Source of the DNA: Syntrophaceae bacterium UBA2188
GTDB taxonomy: Bacteria; Desulfobacterota; BSN033; UBA1163
Direction: 5' to 3'
DNA length: 64,000 nucleotides
NCBI GenBank assembly: GCA_002327985.1
Contig: DCVM01000126.1
Coordinates: 2,381-66,380, forward strand
Shown: in pieces, positions 20,673-30,568 of the stretch
Numbering within the stretch: position 1 is the first letter of the stretch
Layout: each line of letters starts with the position of its first letter
Made by a program: the position numbers and the translations under genes
The notes under the pieces: generated by a model
Told to the model about the DNA's origin: nothing
Database searches by the model: none
Seen by the model: only the letters and a program-made list of their open reading frames with translations

Positions 20673-20687
20673 CTCGCCATACCCCTG

Positions 20688-20981
20688 TTAGGGAGTAGCC
20701 TTCCCTTTAATTTTTGTTTTTCGGTCTCCGGAGTGGCCGTGGAAGGTCCGAGTCGGGGAGAATTCCCCTAACTTGTGTCCGACCATTTCCTCTGTCACGA
20801 AGACGGGGATAAACTTTTTCCCGTTATGGACAGCAAAGGTCAACCCGACCATTTCAGGGACGACCGTAGACCGCCTCGACCAAGTTTTGATCACTTTTCC
20901 TTCCTTTGTCCTTCGGGCCTCCTCCACCTTTTTCATCAAATGGGAATCCACAAAAGGCCCCTTTTTGATTGAACGGGCCAT
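20688..20981 (-). CDS. rpsS: 30S ribosomal protein S19
   Basis: KTWSRRS; [12 protein letters not shown]. Confidence 0.98.
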   Translation of the reverse strand: MARSIKKGPFVDSHLMKKVEEARRTKEGKVIKTWSRRSTVVPEMVGLTFAVHNGKKFIPVFVTEEMVGHKLGEFSPTRTFHGHSGDRKTKIKGKATP

Positions 20982-21796
20982 TAATCTCTCCTCTTCAAAA
21001 TATATTTACTGGTCGTTTTATTTTTCCGTGTCTTCTTCTCCGGTACCCCCCATGGCGTACAAGGATGCCTGCCTCCCGAACTCTTTCCCTCGCCGCCACC
21101 TAAAGGATGGTCAATGGGATTCATGGCCACTCCGCGAACGGTAGGTCTCCATCCCAGCCAGCGATTTTTACCTGCTTTTCCCAAAGAGATAATTTCATGT
21201 TCGAGGTTGCTCACCTGGCCTATGGTGGCGTAACACTCCTGAAGGATCAATCTGACTTCACCCGAAGGGAGTTTGACATGCGCATATTTCCCTTCCTTGG
21301 CCATCAATTGGCCTGAGCCCCCTGCGCTCCGAATGATCTGGCCACCCTTGCCTACCTTTAACTCGATATTGTGAATTAATGTGCCGGTCGGGATATTTCG
21401 AAGGGGCAGGGCATTACCAGGTTTAATATCCGCTGTTGGACTGGCAATCACCCGCTCCCCAACCCGCAGTTGAGAAGGGGCGAGGATATATCGTTTTTCC
21501 CCATCCGCATAGTGAAGCAAGGCAATCCGTGCCGACCGATTCGGATCGTATTCAATAGAGGCCACTTTCGCAGGAATTTCCCTCTTATCTCGTTTGAAGT
21601 CAATCAATCGATATTTTCGTTTGTGCCGCCCTCCTCGATGCCAGGCGGTGATTCTTCCATAACTGTTTCTCCCCCCTGTTTTCTTCAAAGGGCGAAGAAG
21701 ACTCTTCTCCGGTGTCGTCGAAGTAATGTCCTCGAACTCGGAGATGGTCTGAAACCGCTTTCCAGGAGAAGTCGGTCGAAACTTTTTAATGGCCAT
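20981..21796 (-). CDS. rplB: 50S ribosomal protein L2
   Basis: IEYDPNRSA; [17 protein letters not shown]. Confidence 0.98.
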   Translation of the reverse strand: MAIKKFRPTSPGKRFQTISEFEDITSTTPEKSLLRPLKKTGGRNSYGRITAWHRGGRHKRKYRLIDFKRDKREIPAKVASIEYDPNRSARIALLHYADGEKRYILAPSQLRVGERVIASPTADIKPGNALPLRNIPTGTLIHNIELKVGKGGQIIRSAGGSGQLMAKEGKYAHVKLPSGEVRLILQECYATIGQVSNLEHEIISLGKAGKNRWLGWRPTVRGVAMNPIDHPLGGGEGKSSGGRHPCTPWGVPEKKTRKNKTTSKYILKRRD

Positions 21797-21810
21797 CTTT
21801 TAACCCCATC

Positions 21811-21926
21811 AAACTCGAAATTCTAAATCCGAAATCCTAAATAAATCTCAATGATCAAAATTCCAAACCTAAAACCGAATTCGTGTTTAGGATTTAGAAT
21901 TTCCCCTCGAATTTTTGTTCGAGGGG
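21811..21926. repeat. 7-nt periodic mini-element plus REP-like hairpin
   Basis: cgaaattctaaatccgaaatcctaaa ... tttaggatttagaattt followed by cccctcgaa-ttttt-gttcgagggg. Confidence 0.65.
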
Positions 21927-21927
21927 C

Positions 21928-22218
21928 TTAGGCTCCTTCGAAGAAATCGATACGATCTCCTTCTTTCAAAGTAATGATCGCCTTTTTCCAATCCGCCCTC
22001 TTGCCATATCTTCTTCCCAGGCGTTTTACCTTTCCCAATACGTTGGAGGTTCTGACCTCGAGGACTTTTACTTTAAAGAGCCGCTCAACGGCAGATTGAA
22101 TTTCAACCTTGTTCACATCCCGTTGAACTTCGAAAACGTATTGACGGCTCTCCTCTTTCTGCCGGGTGCTTTTTTCAGTAATCAAAGGCCTTCGGATGAT
22201 TTTCTGTGCTTCTTTCAT
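21928..22218 (-). CDS. rplW: 50S ribosomal protein L23
   Basis: PLITEKS; NK.EI..AVE.LF.VKV; WKKAI. Confidence 0.97.
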   Translation of the reverse strand: MKEAQKIIRRPLITEKSTRQKEESRQYVFEVQRDVNKVEIQSAVERLFKVKVLEVRTSNVLGKVKRLGRRYGKRADWKKAIITLKEGDRIDFFEGA

Positions 22219-22838
22219 GATGCGAGTGCCCCTTCAATCTTTTCAACCGTCGGATGGAGTAAGATCAAGTGTTCATGATTCAAAATATCGTAAACATTTA
22301 ACCCTTCGTGACGAAGGACCTCAATCCCAGGGATATTTCGTGCGGATCGCTCTAAGTAAAGGTGTCTCGCGTCGATGACAATCAGGGCGTCTTCAATTTG
22401 AAATCTCTTTAGGACTTCAAGAACCTGGCGGGTTTTAAATCCTTCCAGAGGAAAATCCTTGAGAAGGATCAGCTTTCCCTCCACGCGCTTTAGACTGAGA
22501 GCCGCCCTAAGAGCTGCCCTCTTGACTTTTTTAGGAAGAGAGATGGAATAGTCTTTTGGCATGGGACCGAAGATGGTTCCACCTCCTCTCCAGAGCGGAG
22601 ATCGCCGGGTTCCTGCCCGTGCCCTTCCTGTCCCTTTTTGTCTCCAGGGTTTTGCTCCCCCTCCTCGGACAAGAGCCCTGTTTTTTGTAGAGGCCGTCCC
22701 CTTTCTCTGGGAAGCGAGATCCATTCGGACGACATCATGGAACACCGTAGGATTAATTTTGGCATCGAAGATCCGGTCATCCAATTCGATATCGCTTACT
22801 TTTTGATTTCCAATATCATAGACGGCTAACGTGGTCAT
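22215..22838 (-). CDS. rplD: 50S ribosomal protein L4
   Basis: GGGAKPWRQKGTGRARAG; start set at MTTLAV. Confidence 0.97.
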   Translation of the reverse strand: MTTLAVYDIGNQKVSDIELDDRIFDAKINPTVFHDVVRMDLASQRKGTASTKNRALVRGGGAKPWRQKGTGRARAGTRRSPLWRGGGTIFGPMPKDYSISLPKKVKRAALRAALSLKRVEGKLILLKDFPLEGFKTRQVLEVLKRFQIEDALIVIDARHLYLERSARNIPGIEVLRHEGLNVYDILNHEHLILLHPTVEKIEGALAS

Positions 22839-22851
22839 CCCATTCCCTTTC

Positions 22852-23556
22852 TTAAGCTGATGGGGCAGCAGAACCTTTCTTTTCGTTACGAGTCCCCGCC
22901 TGCCGGTCGGGCAGGGATTCCGACTTGATAGCACTTCGAATAAGAACCCAGCCCTTTGGACTTCCGGGAATTCCACCTTTAAGAAGGAGCAGGTTCTGAT
23001 CTTCTTTGACATCCACGACCTGGATATTTTGAAGCGTCACCTTCCGATTCCCATGTTGCCCTGGCATCTTCAGGCCCTTGAAGGTATGATGAGGATAAGT
23101 GGCAGACCCTACGGAACCCCCATGACGAAAATATTCGTGAGTTCCATGAGATCCAGGAGAGCCGTGAAATCCATGGCGTTTGATCACTCCTGTAAATCCT
23201 TTCCCCTTGCTGAGACCCGTGACATCGACCACATCTCCAGGTTTGAAAAGAGTTACGGTTATTTCTTGCCCTGACTCATACTCTCCCAAATCCTCTAAAG
23301 GAAATTCTTTGATAATATAAAAAGCTCCGGTGCCTGCTTTCTTGAAATGTCCAGAGAGGGGTTTGTTGACCCTCTGGCTATTCTTTGGAAGGAAACCGAG
23401 TTGAAGGGCATTATAACCGTCCTTCTCCTTCGTCTTCTTTTGAATCACTGAGCAGGGACCGACTTCCACAACGGTCACGGGTATGACGGAGCCGTCTTCG
23501 AGAAAGACTTGAGTCATCCCTAATTTTCTCCCAATGATTCCCAAGGTCCTTTTCAT
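22852..23556 (-). CDS. rplC: 50S ribosomal protein L3 with C-terminal extension
   Basis: KLGMTQVF; SKGKGF.GVIKRH; SHGTH; KMPGQHG. Confidence 0.97.
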   Translation of the reverse strand: MKRTLGIIGRKLGMTQVFLEDGSVIPVTVVEVGPCSVIQKKTKEKDGYNALQLGFLPKNSQRVNKPLSGHFKKAGTGAFYIIKEFPLEDLGEYESGQEITVTLFKPGDVVDVTGLSKGKGFTGVIKRHGFHGSPGSHGTHEYFRHGGSVGSATYPHHTFKGLKMPGQHGNRKVTLQNIQVVDVKEDQNLLLLKGGIPGSPKGWVLIRSAIKSESLPDRQAGTRNEKKGSAAPSA

Positions 23557-23568
23557 TGCCTTTTATCC

Positions 23569-23877
23569 TTATAACTTGATCTCAACATCGATTCCGGCTG
23601 CTAGATCCAGCTTCATCAATGCATCAACCGTTTGTTGGGTTGGCTCTAAAATATCGAGAAGGCGCTTGTGGGTGCGAATTTCGAACTGTTCTCTCGATTT
23701 CTTATCCACATGGGGAGATCTCAACACACAATATTTGTTGATTTTTGTTGGAAGAGGAATAGGTCCTGCGACACTGGATCCTGTCCGACGAACCGTATCC
23801 ACGATCTCGGCAGTCGATTTGTCCAGAAGTTTATGATCATAAGATTTTAAAGAAACCCTGATCTTCTGAGTTGTCAT
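23569..23877 (-). CDS. rpsJ: 30S ribosomal protein S10
   Basis: GPIPLPT; [21 protein letters not shown]. Confidence 0.98.
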   Translation of the reverse strand: MTTQKIRVSLKSYDHKLLDKSTAEIVDTVRRTGSSVAGPIPLPTKINKYCVLRSPHVDKKSREQFEIRTHKRLLDILEPTQQTVDALMKLDLAAGIDVEIKL

Positions 23878-23894
23878 GTTAAAACCCCTCTCCT

Positions 23895-25094
23895 TTATTC
23901 GAGGACATCACTGATGACGCCTGCACCCACGGTCCGACCCCCCTCCCGAATCGCAAACCGTAACTCCTTCTCCATCGCGATCGGCGTAATCAACTCCACC
24001 GTCAACGAAACATTGTCCCCAGGCATCACCATCTCCACCCCCTCCGGCAACACCGCCACCCCCGTCACATCCGTCGTCCGAAAATAAAACTGAGGCCGAT
24101 ACCCATTAAAAAACGGCGTATGCCGACCCCCCTCCTCCTTCGTCAAAATATACGCCTCCGCCTTAAACTTCCGATGTGGCGTAATCGACCCAGGCTTGGC
24201 CACCACCTGACCCCGCTCCACCTCCTCACGCTTCACCCCTCGCAACAATACCCCAATATTGTCCCCCGCCTGACCCTGATCCAAGGTCTTGCGAAACATC
24301 TCCACCCCCGTACACACCGTCTTCATCGTCGGCCGTATCCCCACTACCTCCACCTCATCCCCCACCCGGATCACCCCTCGCTCCGCCCGTCCCGTCACCA
24401 CCGTCCCTCGCCCCGAAATACTAAACACATCCTCAATCGGCATCAAAAACGGCTTGTCAATATCCCTCACCGGCTCCGGTATATACGTGTCCACCGCCTC
24501 CATCAACTGCCAAATCCCCTGACACCACTGACACTCCAGCTTCCCACACCCACACTCCAACGCCTTGAGCGCACTGCCCCGTATCACCGGCGTCGCCTCC
24601 CCAGGAAAATCATACCCCGAAAGCAACTCCCGCACCTCCAACTCCACCAAATCCAATAACTCCACATCCTCCACCATATCCACCTTGTTCAAAAAAACCA
24701 CAATATACGGCACCCGCACCTGCTTGGCCAACAATACATGCTCCCGCGTCTGCGGCATCGGCCCATCGGCCGCCGAAACCACCAAAATCGTCCCATCCAT
24801 CTGCGCCGCCCCCGTAATCATGTTCTTAATGTAATCCGCATGCCCAGGACAATCAATGTGCGCATAATGCCGCTTCGCCGTCTCATACTCCACATGTGCT
24901 ATCGCGATCGTCAACCCCCGCTCCTTCTCCTCCGGCGCCTTGTCTATCTGATCAAACGCCATATAGGAAGCAAAATTCTTCGTCGCCAACACCCTCGTAA
25001 TCGCTGATGTCAACGTCGTCTTCCCATGATCCACATGCCCAATCGTCCCCACATTCACATGCGGCTTCGTCCTCTCAAACTTCGGCTTCGACAT
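23895..25094 (-). CDS. tuf: elongation factor Tu
   Basis: GHVDHGKTT; DCPGHADY; NKVD; GGRHTPFF. Confidence 0.99.
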   Translation of the reverse strand: MSKPKFERTKPHVNVGTIGHVDHGKTTLTSAITRVLATKNFASYMAFDQIDKAPEEKERGLTIAIAHVEYETAKRHYAHIDCPGHADYIKNMITGAAQMDGTILVVSAADGPMPQTREHVLLAKQVRVPYIVVFLNKVDMVEDVELLDLVELEVRELLSGYDFPGEATPVIRGSALKALECGCGKLECQWCQGIWQLMEAVDTYIPEPVRDIDKPFLMPIEDVFSISGRGTVVTGRAERGVIRVGDEVEVVGIRPTMKTVCTGVEMFRKTLDQGQAGDNIGVLLRGVKREEVERGQVVAKPGSITPHRKFKAEAYILTKEEGGRHTPFFNGYRPQFYFRTTDVTGVAVLPEGVEMVMPGDNVSLTVELITPIAMEKELRFAIREGGRTVGAGVISDVLE

Positions 25095-25125
25095 GGCTCA
25101 AACCCTCCTTTGATTTCGGCCGCAC

Positions 25126-27210
25126 TCAGGCGACCCTTTTCAGTTGAGAAAGGATCTCCTCACTCACAGAGGAAGGCACCGGGCTATAATGGGAAAACTG
25201 CAGCGTAAAGGTGGCCCTTCCCTGGGTAAGAGATCGAAGGTCAGTGGCATAACCAAACATATTGGCAAGGGGGACTTCTCCAGTGATGACGTTGGTTCCC
25301 TCGCGATAGTCTACTTTTGTTGTTTTACCTCTTCGACTGTTCAGATCACTCACGACCTGCCCCATAAACTCTTCAGGGGAAATAATCTCAATAGACATCA
25401 GAGGCTCAAGAAGGATCGGGGTTGCTCTTTTTGCTCCTTCCTTAAATCCAATAGATGCGGCAATTTTAAACGCCATTTCAGAGGAATCCACCTCATGGTA
25501 AGACCCATCGATCAGCGTCACCTTGATATCCACCATGGGGAACCCTGCAACCGTCCCTTTCTCCATAGCCTCTACGATCCCCTTTTCGACGGCAGGAATA
25601 TATTCGCGAGGAATCGCTCCCCCGATGATCTTGTTGACAAACTCAAATCCCTTGCCAGGAGGTTGTGGCTCCATGTTGAGCCAGACGTGCCCGTATTGGC
25701 CTCTTCCACCTGATTGACGAATAAATCGGCCCTCTGACTTGACCTCCTTGGTAATCGTTTCTCGATAGGCGACCTGGGGTTTTCCGACACTGGCTTCGAC
25801 TTTGAATTCCCTAAGGAGTCGATCCACGATAATCTCAAGATGGAGCTCCCCCATCCCGGAGATGATGGTTTGACCTGTCTCCTCATCGGTCTTCACGATA
25901 AAGGAGGGATCTTCAAGCGACAATTTATGGAGAGAGACACCCAACTTATCAACATCTCCCTTTGTTTTTGGCTCAATGGCAATAGAGATAACGGGTTCGG
26001 GAAACGTCATCGATTCAAGGATGATGGGTTGTTTTTCACTGCAAATGGTGTCTCCCGTGGTAGTATATTTAAGACCCACAGCCGCAAAGATATCTCCCGC
26101 GGCCACCGTCTGGATCTCCTCCCGTTTATTGGCATGCATCTGGAGCAGACGGCCAATCCGTTCCCGTTTCCTCTTGGTAGGATTATAAACATAATCCCCT
26201 GATTTTAATGAGCCAGAATAAATCCTGAAGAAAGTCAACTGTCCCGTATAAGGATCATTCATGATTTTAAAGGCTAAGGCTGAAAGGGGGTGTCCGTTAT
26301 TGGCGGAGAAGGTAAGTTCCCTCCCTTCTGAATTCATTCCTTTCACAGGGGGGATATCGAGAGGGGATGGGAGATAGTGAATGATCGCATCGAGCAGGGG
26401 TTGAACCCCTTTATTGCGGAAGGCCGAACCGCAGAGTACCGGAGTACCTTTCAATTGAAGGGTGACCTCCCTCAGAGCTCCTTTTATCTCCTCCTCAGTG
26501 ACCTCCTGGCCATCAATAAACTTCTCCATCAGGTAATCATTTCTTTCTGCCAGTTTTTCGATGAGATATTCTCTTGAAGCGTAAGCTTCCTTTTGGAAGG
26601 CGTCTGGGATATCTACCGAGCGGTATTCCGTCCCAAGTCCATGGGGATTATAGATAATGGCCTTCATGGTGACGAGGTCAATCACCCCTTGAAAATCATC
26701 TTCCTTGCCGAGAGGGAGTTGAATGGGTAAAGCGGTTGTCTTGAGGCGGTCTTCCATCATCTTAAGACAGGTCTGGAAGTTGGCACCTGTCCGGTCCATT
26801 TTATTGACAAAGGCGATTCTGGGGATCTGATATTTATCCGCCTGTCTCCAGACGGTTTCGGATTGAGGCTCTACCCCACCGACGGCACAGAAGACCGCTA
26901 CCGCCCCGTCCAGGACGCGCAGGGATCGTTCGACCTCAATGGTGAAATCAACATGCCCAGGGGTGTCAATGATATTGATCCGATGATCTTTCCAAAAACA
27001 GGTGGTGGCTGCAGAGGTGATGGTGATTCCACGCTCCTTTTCTTGTTCCATCCAGTCCATAGTGGCGGATCCTTCGTCCACCTCCCCGATCTTATAGGTG
27101 ACGCCGGTATAGTAGAGAATCCGTTCGGTCGTAGTCGTCTTCCCTGCATCAATATGAGCCATGATGCCAATGTTTCTTGTCTGTTCTTTTAAGGCACTGC
27201 TATTTGACAC
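25126..27210 (-). CDS. fusA: elongation factor G
   Basis: AHIDAGKTT; RGITI; DTPGHVDF; GMGELHL; [11 protein letters not shown]. Confidence 0.99.
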   Translation of the reverse strand: MSNSSALKEQTRNIGIMAHIDAGKTTTTERILYYTGVTYKIGEVDEGSATMDWMEQEKERGITITSAATTCFWKDHRINIIDTPGHVDFTIEVERSLRVLDGAVAVFCAVGGVEPQSETVWRQADKYQIPRIAFVNKMDRTGANFQTCLKMMEDRLKTTALPIQLPLGKEDDFQGVIDLVTMKAIIYNPHGLGTEYRSVDIPDAFQKEAYASREYLIEKLAERNDYLMEKFIDGQEVTEEEIKGALREVTLQLKGTPVLCGSAFRNKGVQPLLDAIIHYLPSPLDIPPVKGMNSEGRELTFSANNGHPLSALAFKIMNDPYTGQLTFFRIYSGSLKSGDYVYNPTKRKRERIGRLLQMHANKREEIQTVAAGDIFAAVGLKYTTTGDTICSEKQPIILESMTFPEPVISIAIEPKTKGDVDKLGVSLHKLSLEDPSFIVKTDEETGQTIISGMGELHLEIIVDRLLREFKVEASVGKPQVAYRETITKEVKSEGRFIRQSGGRGQYGHVWLNMEPQPPGKGFEFVNKIIGGAIPREYIPAVEKGIVEAMEKGTVAGFPMVDIKVTLIDGSYHEVDSSEMAFKIAASIGFKEGAKRATPILLEPLMSIEIISPEEFMGQVVSDLNSRRGKTTKVDYREGTNVITGEVPLANMFGYATDLRSLTQGRATFTLQFSHYSPVPSSVSEEILSQLKRVA

Positions 27211-27243
27211 AATAAACCTCTATCCAGTATTCCAGTTGTTTTT

Positions 27244-27714
27244 CTACCACCTATAATGAGCAAAGGCCTTATTGGCCTCAGCCATTTTATGGGTATCCTC
27301 TTTCTTCTTGATGGCAGCCCCTCGGTTATTGGCTGCATCGATCAGTTCTGCTGAAAGTTTTTCTTCCATCGTTTTTTCGGATCGCTGCTTTGAAAAGCCA
27401 ATGATCCAGCGAATGGCCAAGGCGATTTTCCTTTCTGGTCTTACCTCTACGGGAACTTGATAAGTGGCCCCTCCAACCCTTCTGGGCCTCACCTCGATAA
27501 GCGGTTTCACATTATTCATGGCCTGATTAAAAATTTTAACCGGGTCTGAATGGGTCCGATCTTTAATCAAATCAAGGGCGCCATAAAAAATTCCTTCCGC
27601 CGAACTTTTCTTTCCACGTCGCATAATTCCATTTATAAATTTTGCAGTCAGTGTATCGTGATATTTTGGATCCGGTAATATCTCTCTTTTTTTGATCTCT
27701 CTTTTTCTGGGCAT
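27244..27714 (-). CDS. rpsG: 30S ribosomal protein S7
   Basis: [11 protein letters not shown]; [13 protein letters not shown]. Confidence 0.98.
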   Translation of the reverse strand: MPRKREIKKREILPDPKYHDTLTAKFINGIMRRGKKSSAEGIFYGALDLIKDRTHSDPVKIFNQAMNNVKPLIEVRPRRVGGATYQVPVEVRPERKIALAIRWIIGFSKQRSEKTMEEKLSAELIDAANNRGAAIKKKEDTHKMAEANKAFAHYRW

Positions 27715-27764
27715 AAAGACTCCTTCTTCCTTAAGAATTGAATAGGTTGGGAAGAGAAGTTGAA

Positions 27765-28136
27765 TTATTTGGGTTTTTTGGCTCCGTATTTGGAGCGGCT
27801 CTGTTTTCGGTCCTGGACGCCAACGGAGTCTAAGGTGCCACGGATGATATGATACCGAACTCCTGGAAGGTCTTTCACCCTTCCTCCCCGGATGAGGACA
27901 ACAGAGTGTTCTTGGAGGTTATGGCCAATCCCCGGAATATAAGTGGTTACCTCGATGCCATTGGTTAATCTCACTCGAGCAACTTTTCGAAGAGCGGAAT
28001 TAGGTTTCTTGGGAGTAGTTGTATAAACTCGAATACAAACCCCCCTTTTTTGAGGGGATCCCGTAAGAGCAGGGGCTGAAGTCTTACTCTGGATGCCTTT
28101 TCTTCCTTCTCGTACAAGTTGATTAATCGTAGGCAT
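27765..28136 (-). CDS. rpsL: 30S ribosomal protein S12
   Basis: [10 protein letters not shown]; [11 protein letters not shown]. Confidence 0.99.
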   Translation of the reverse strand: MPTINQLVREGRKGIQSKTSAPALTGSPQKRGVCIRVYTTTPKKPNSALRKVARVRLTNGIEVTTYIPGIGHNLQEHSVVLIRGGRVKDLPGVRYHIIRGTLDSVGVQDRKQSRSKYGAKKPK

Positions 28137-28224
28137 TAATTACCTCATTTTAATAAAATTAAATATTTCAATAAGTTGAAAGATAAAGACCCTCTCATAA
28201 AGAATTAAGCGAAAAAACTTAATA

Positions 28225-28253
28225 AATCTATCAGGTTTTTTTTAGTTTGTCAA
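28225..28253 (-). promoter_or_regulatory. sigma70-type promoter of the str/S10 superoperon
   Basis: Minus strand TTGACA-17 nt-TAGATT with AT-rich upstream sequence. Confidence 0.65.
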
Positions 28254-28290
28254 CATTTTTTTAAGAATATTTTTTAAGAATTTAATAAAA

Positions 28291-28425
28291 TGATGATCTC
28301 GTAAAAAGTCCGTAAAGAGGGAAAACGTCATGCTGAACTTGATTCAGCATCTAACAAAATCAATGAGTTATGAGACCCTGAAACAAGTTCAGGGTGACAA
28401 ATCAGGACTTTTTACGAATCCATCA
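28291..28425. mobile_element. MITE with 21-bp TIRs, TAAAA flanking duplication and internal REP doublet
   Basis: tgatgatctcgtaaaaagtcc ... ggactttttacgaatccatca (18/21), with taaaa on both flanks. Confidence 0.8.
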
Positions 28426-28702
28426 TAAAATTAAAATCATCTCCACGGAAAGGAGGTAAAAGGGTTTTTAAATCAGTTACTTTATAAAGCTAACTAATTG
28501 AAATGGTTAATATAAAAGAGTGAAATCTAACCACCGACCGACCCCCCCTTTGTTAAAGATAATATGCTTTAGACAGGCAAGCAAAGGGGCGGCACCCCCA
28601 TGATTCAAGCCGAGGGAGGGAGTTTATAGGGTCACCATCATTTAGACCTCTTGTCCTGTTCTATGTCTTGTTTTATATTAGGCCGGGAGGGGTATTCTGT
28701 TA

Positions 28703-30229
28703 ATGAGTTCAAATCTCTTTTCAAGTAAGGACTTAAAGACAATTGCTGCCAGGGGCCTTGATGTCCAGGAGGTCTTGAAACAACTTGAGGCATTCCGTGT
28801 CGGAGCAAAACCTATCAGGTTAATAAGGCCTGCACGGGCTGGAGACGGCATCGTTCAGATACCTTCGAAAGAAAGACAGATGCTGGTCTCACTTCATGAT
28901 CAGGCTGCTGAAAGGGGCCGGATGCTTAAGTTTGTACCAGCCTCTGGTATCGCTAGCCGGATGTTCCGAGACTGGTATCATTGGTACCAAAAAGGGGATG
29001 TCGGTTCGGCCGGGCACATGGTTAAGTTTTTTAAAGATGTTTGCAAATTGGCCTTGTACAAAGACTTAAAAAAAGTGATGGCCCACGATGGAATAGATGT
29101 TGAAAAATGTATTGTTGAAAGAAGGTGTACCGATATCCTTGAATTTATTCTCACCCCGCGAGGTCTTAACTATAACTGGATGCCCAAGGCCGTATTAAAA
29201 TTTCATATTTATCCTGACCATAGCCGCACCGCCCTGGAAGAACATCTTGTTGAAGCAGCCCTCTATGTCAGGGATTCTAAAAACCGTTGCAGGATCCATT
29301 TTACTGTTTCTGCTGAGCATGAATCCCAATTGAAGGGCCAGCTCAGCCGCGTAAAAGGTTATTACGAGAAACTGTTCGGTGTTCACTACGAAGCGGCCGT
29401 GACGATCCAGCATTCCTCTACGGATACAATAACCGTGGACATGAAGAACAAACCCTTCCGTGACCGGAGCGGTAAAATCCTATTCTGGCCAGGAGGCCAC
29501 GGTGCGCTTCTCAAAAATCTCAACGCCATTGATGGGGATATTATCTTCATTAAGAACATTGACAATGTGGTTCCTGACCGTCTGAAAGACAGCACCGTTC
29601 TTTACAAGAAAATCCTTGCAGGGTATCTTGTCCGATTGCAAGATGAAATCTTCCAAAACCTGAAACTCCTTTCAAGGAAACGTCTGGATGGTGACCTGCT
29701 GTCACGGATTGTCCTCTTTTGCCAAAAAAAGCTGTTCCTTTTTTTCCCTGACGGATTTTGGAATGACTCGGTATCTTCTAAAAAGAAGTTTGTCTTCCGA
29801 ATGCTGAATCGGCCGGTACGGGTTTGCGGCATGGTTAAAAACGAGGGCGAGCCTGGCGGAGGTCCTTTCTGGGTTGAGGAGGAGGGAATTCAGTCGCTCC
29901 AGATTGTCGAACAAAACCAATTAGATCTGAGTTCAGAGGAACAGAAAGAAATTTGGGCATCCTCCACCCACTTTAATCCCGTTGATCTGGTCTGTGGAGT
30001 CAGGAATGAGCGGGGAGAAAAATTTGATCTGAATCAATACGTCAACAAGGATGCAGTGATCATTTCAAAGAAATCATATGAAGAGGGTGAGTTGAAGGCC
30101 CTGGAGTGTCCAGGACTTTGGAACGGATCCATGGCGTATTGGACCACTGTTTTTGTGGAAGTTCCCCTCGAGACCTTCAATCCCGTGAAGACCATTGACG
30201 ATCTCCTTCGGAAATCGCACCTGCCGTAA
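28703..30229 (+). CDS. DUF4301 family protein
   Basis: KFVPASG.ASRMF; PGGHGALL.NL; FIKNIDNV; RVCGMVKN.GEPGGGPFW; THFNPVDLVCG; PGLWNGSMA; TFNPVKT. Confidence 0.9.
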   Translation: MSSNLFSSKDLKTIAARGLDVQEVLKQLEAFRVGAKPIRLIRPARAGDGIVQIPSKERQMLVSLHDQAAERGRMLKFVPASGIASRMFRDWYHWYQKGDVGSAGHMVKFFKDVCKLALYKDLKKVMAHDGIDVEKCIVERRCTDILEFILTPRGLNYNWMPKAVLKFHIYPDHSRTALEEHLVEAALYVRDSKNRCRIHFTVSAEHESQLKGQLSRVKGYYEKLFGVHYEAAVTIQHSSTDTITVDMKNKPFRDRSGKILFWPGGHGALLKNLNAIDGDIIFIKNIDNVVPDRLKDSTVLYKKILAGYLVRLQDEIFQNLKLLSRKRLDGDLLSRIVLFCQKKLFLFFPDGFWNDSVSSKKKFVFRMLNRPVRVCGMVKNEGEPGGGPFWVEEEGIQSLQIVEQNQLDLSSEEQKEIWASSTHFNPVDLVCGVRNERGEKFDLNQYVNKDAVIISKKSYEEGELKALECPGLWNGSMAYWTTVFVEVPLETFNPVKTIDDLLRKSHLP

Positions 30230-30568
30230 TGGAATCAAAAGGGAGCCAACCACCCTGGCCAGCCCCCTGAATCTTTTTAAAAATAATGTTTCTGCCACCT
30301 GCAGTAAGAAGATAAAGGAAACTGATGAAAAAAAATAGCAAGATGGGTATCGAAATTATGGATAAAGTTGCGGGGACCTATCTTATCCAGCTAAACAGCA
30401 CTCGTGCCATGGTGACCAATCTCTTTAAGATGTTCAAATTCCGGTAGTAAAAGACAAAAATCATGGAGACCTATTATTAGACATAACCCAATTCCGCCTT
30501 AAGTTATGCAAGTAAGTTTCGCCACAAATAGGACCTTATTTTCAACTACGCTACTAAAAATTAACCCA

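Noticed and set aside
10614-21926. Short periodic repeats as CRISPR arrays
   Set aside because: Units are 6-12 nt, degenerate and lack unique spacers; no cas genes are present.
22839-23012. 58-aa N-terminal extension of L4 shown in the ORF track
   Set aside because: It overlaps rplC; a start at ATG 22838 with a purine-rich RBS gives a normal-length L4.
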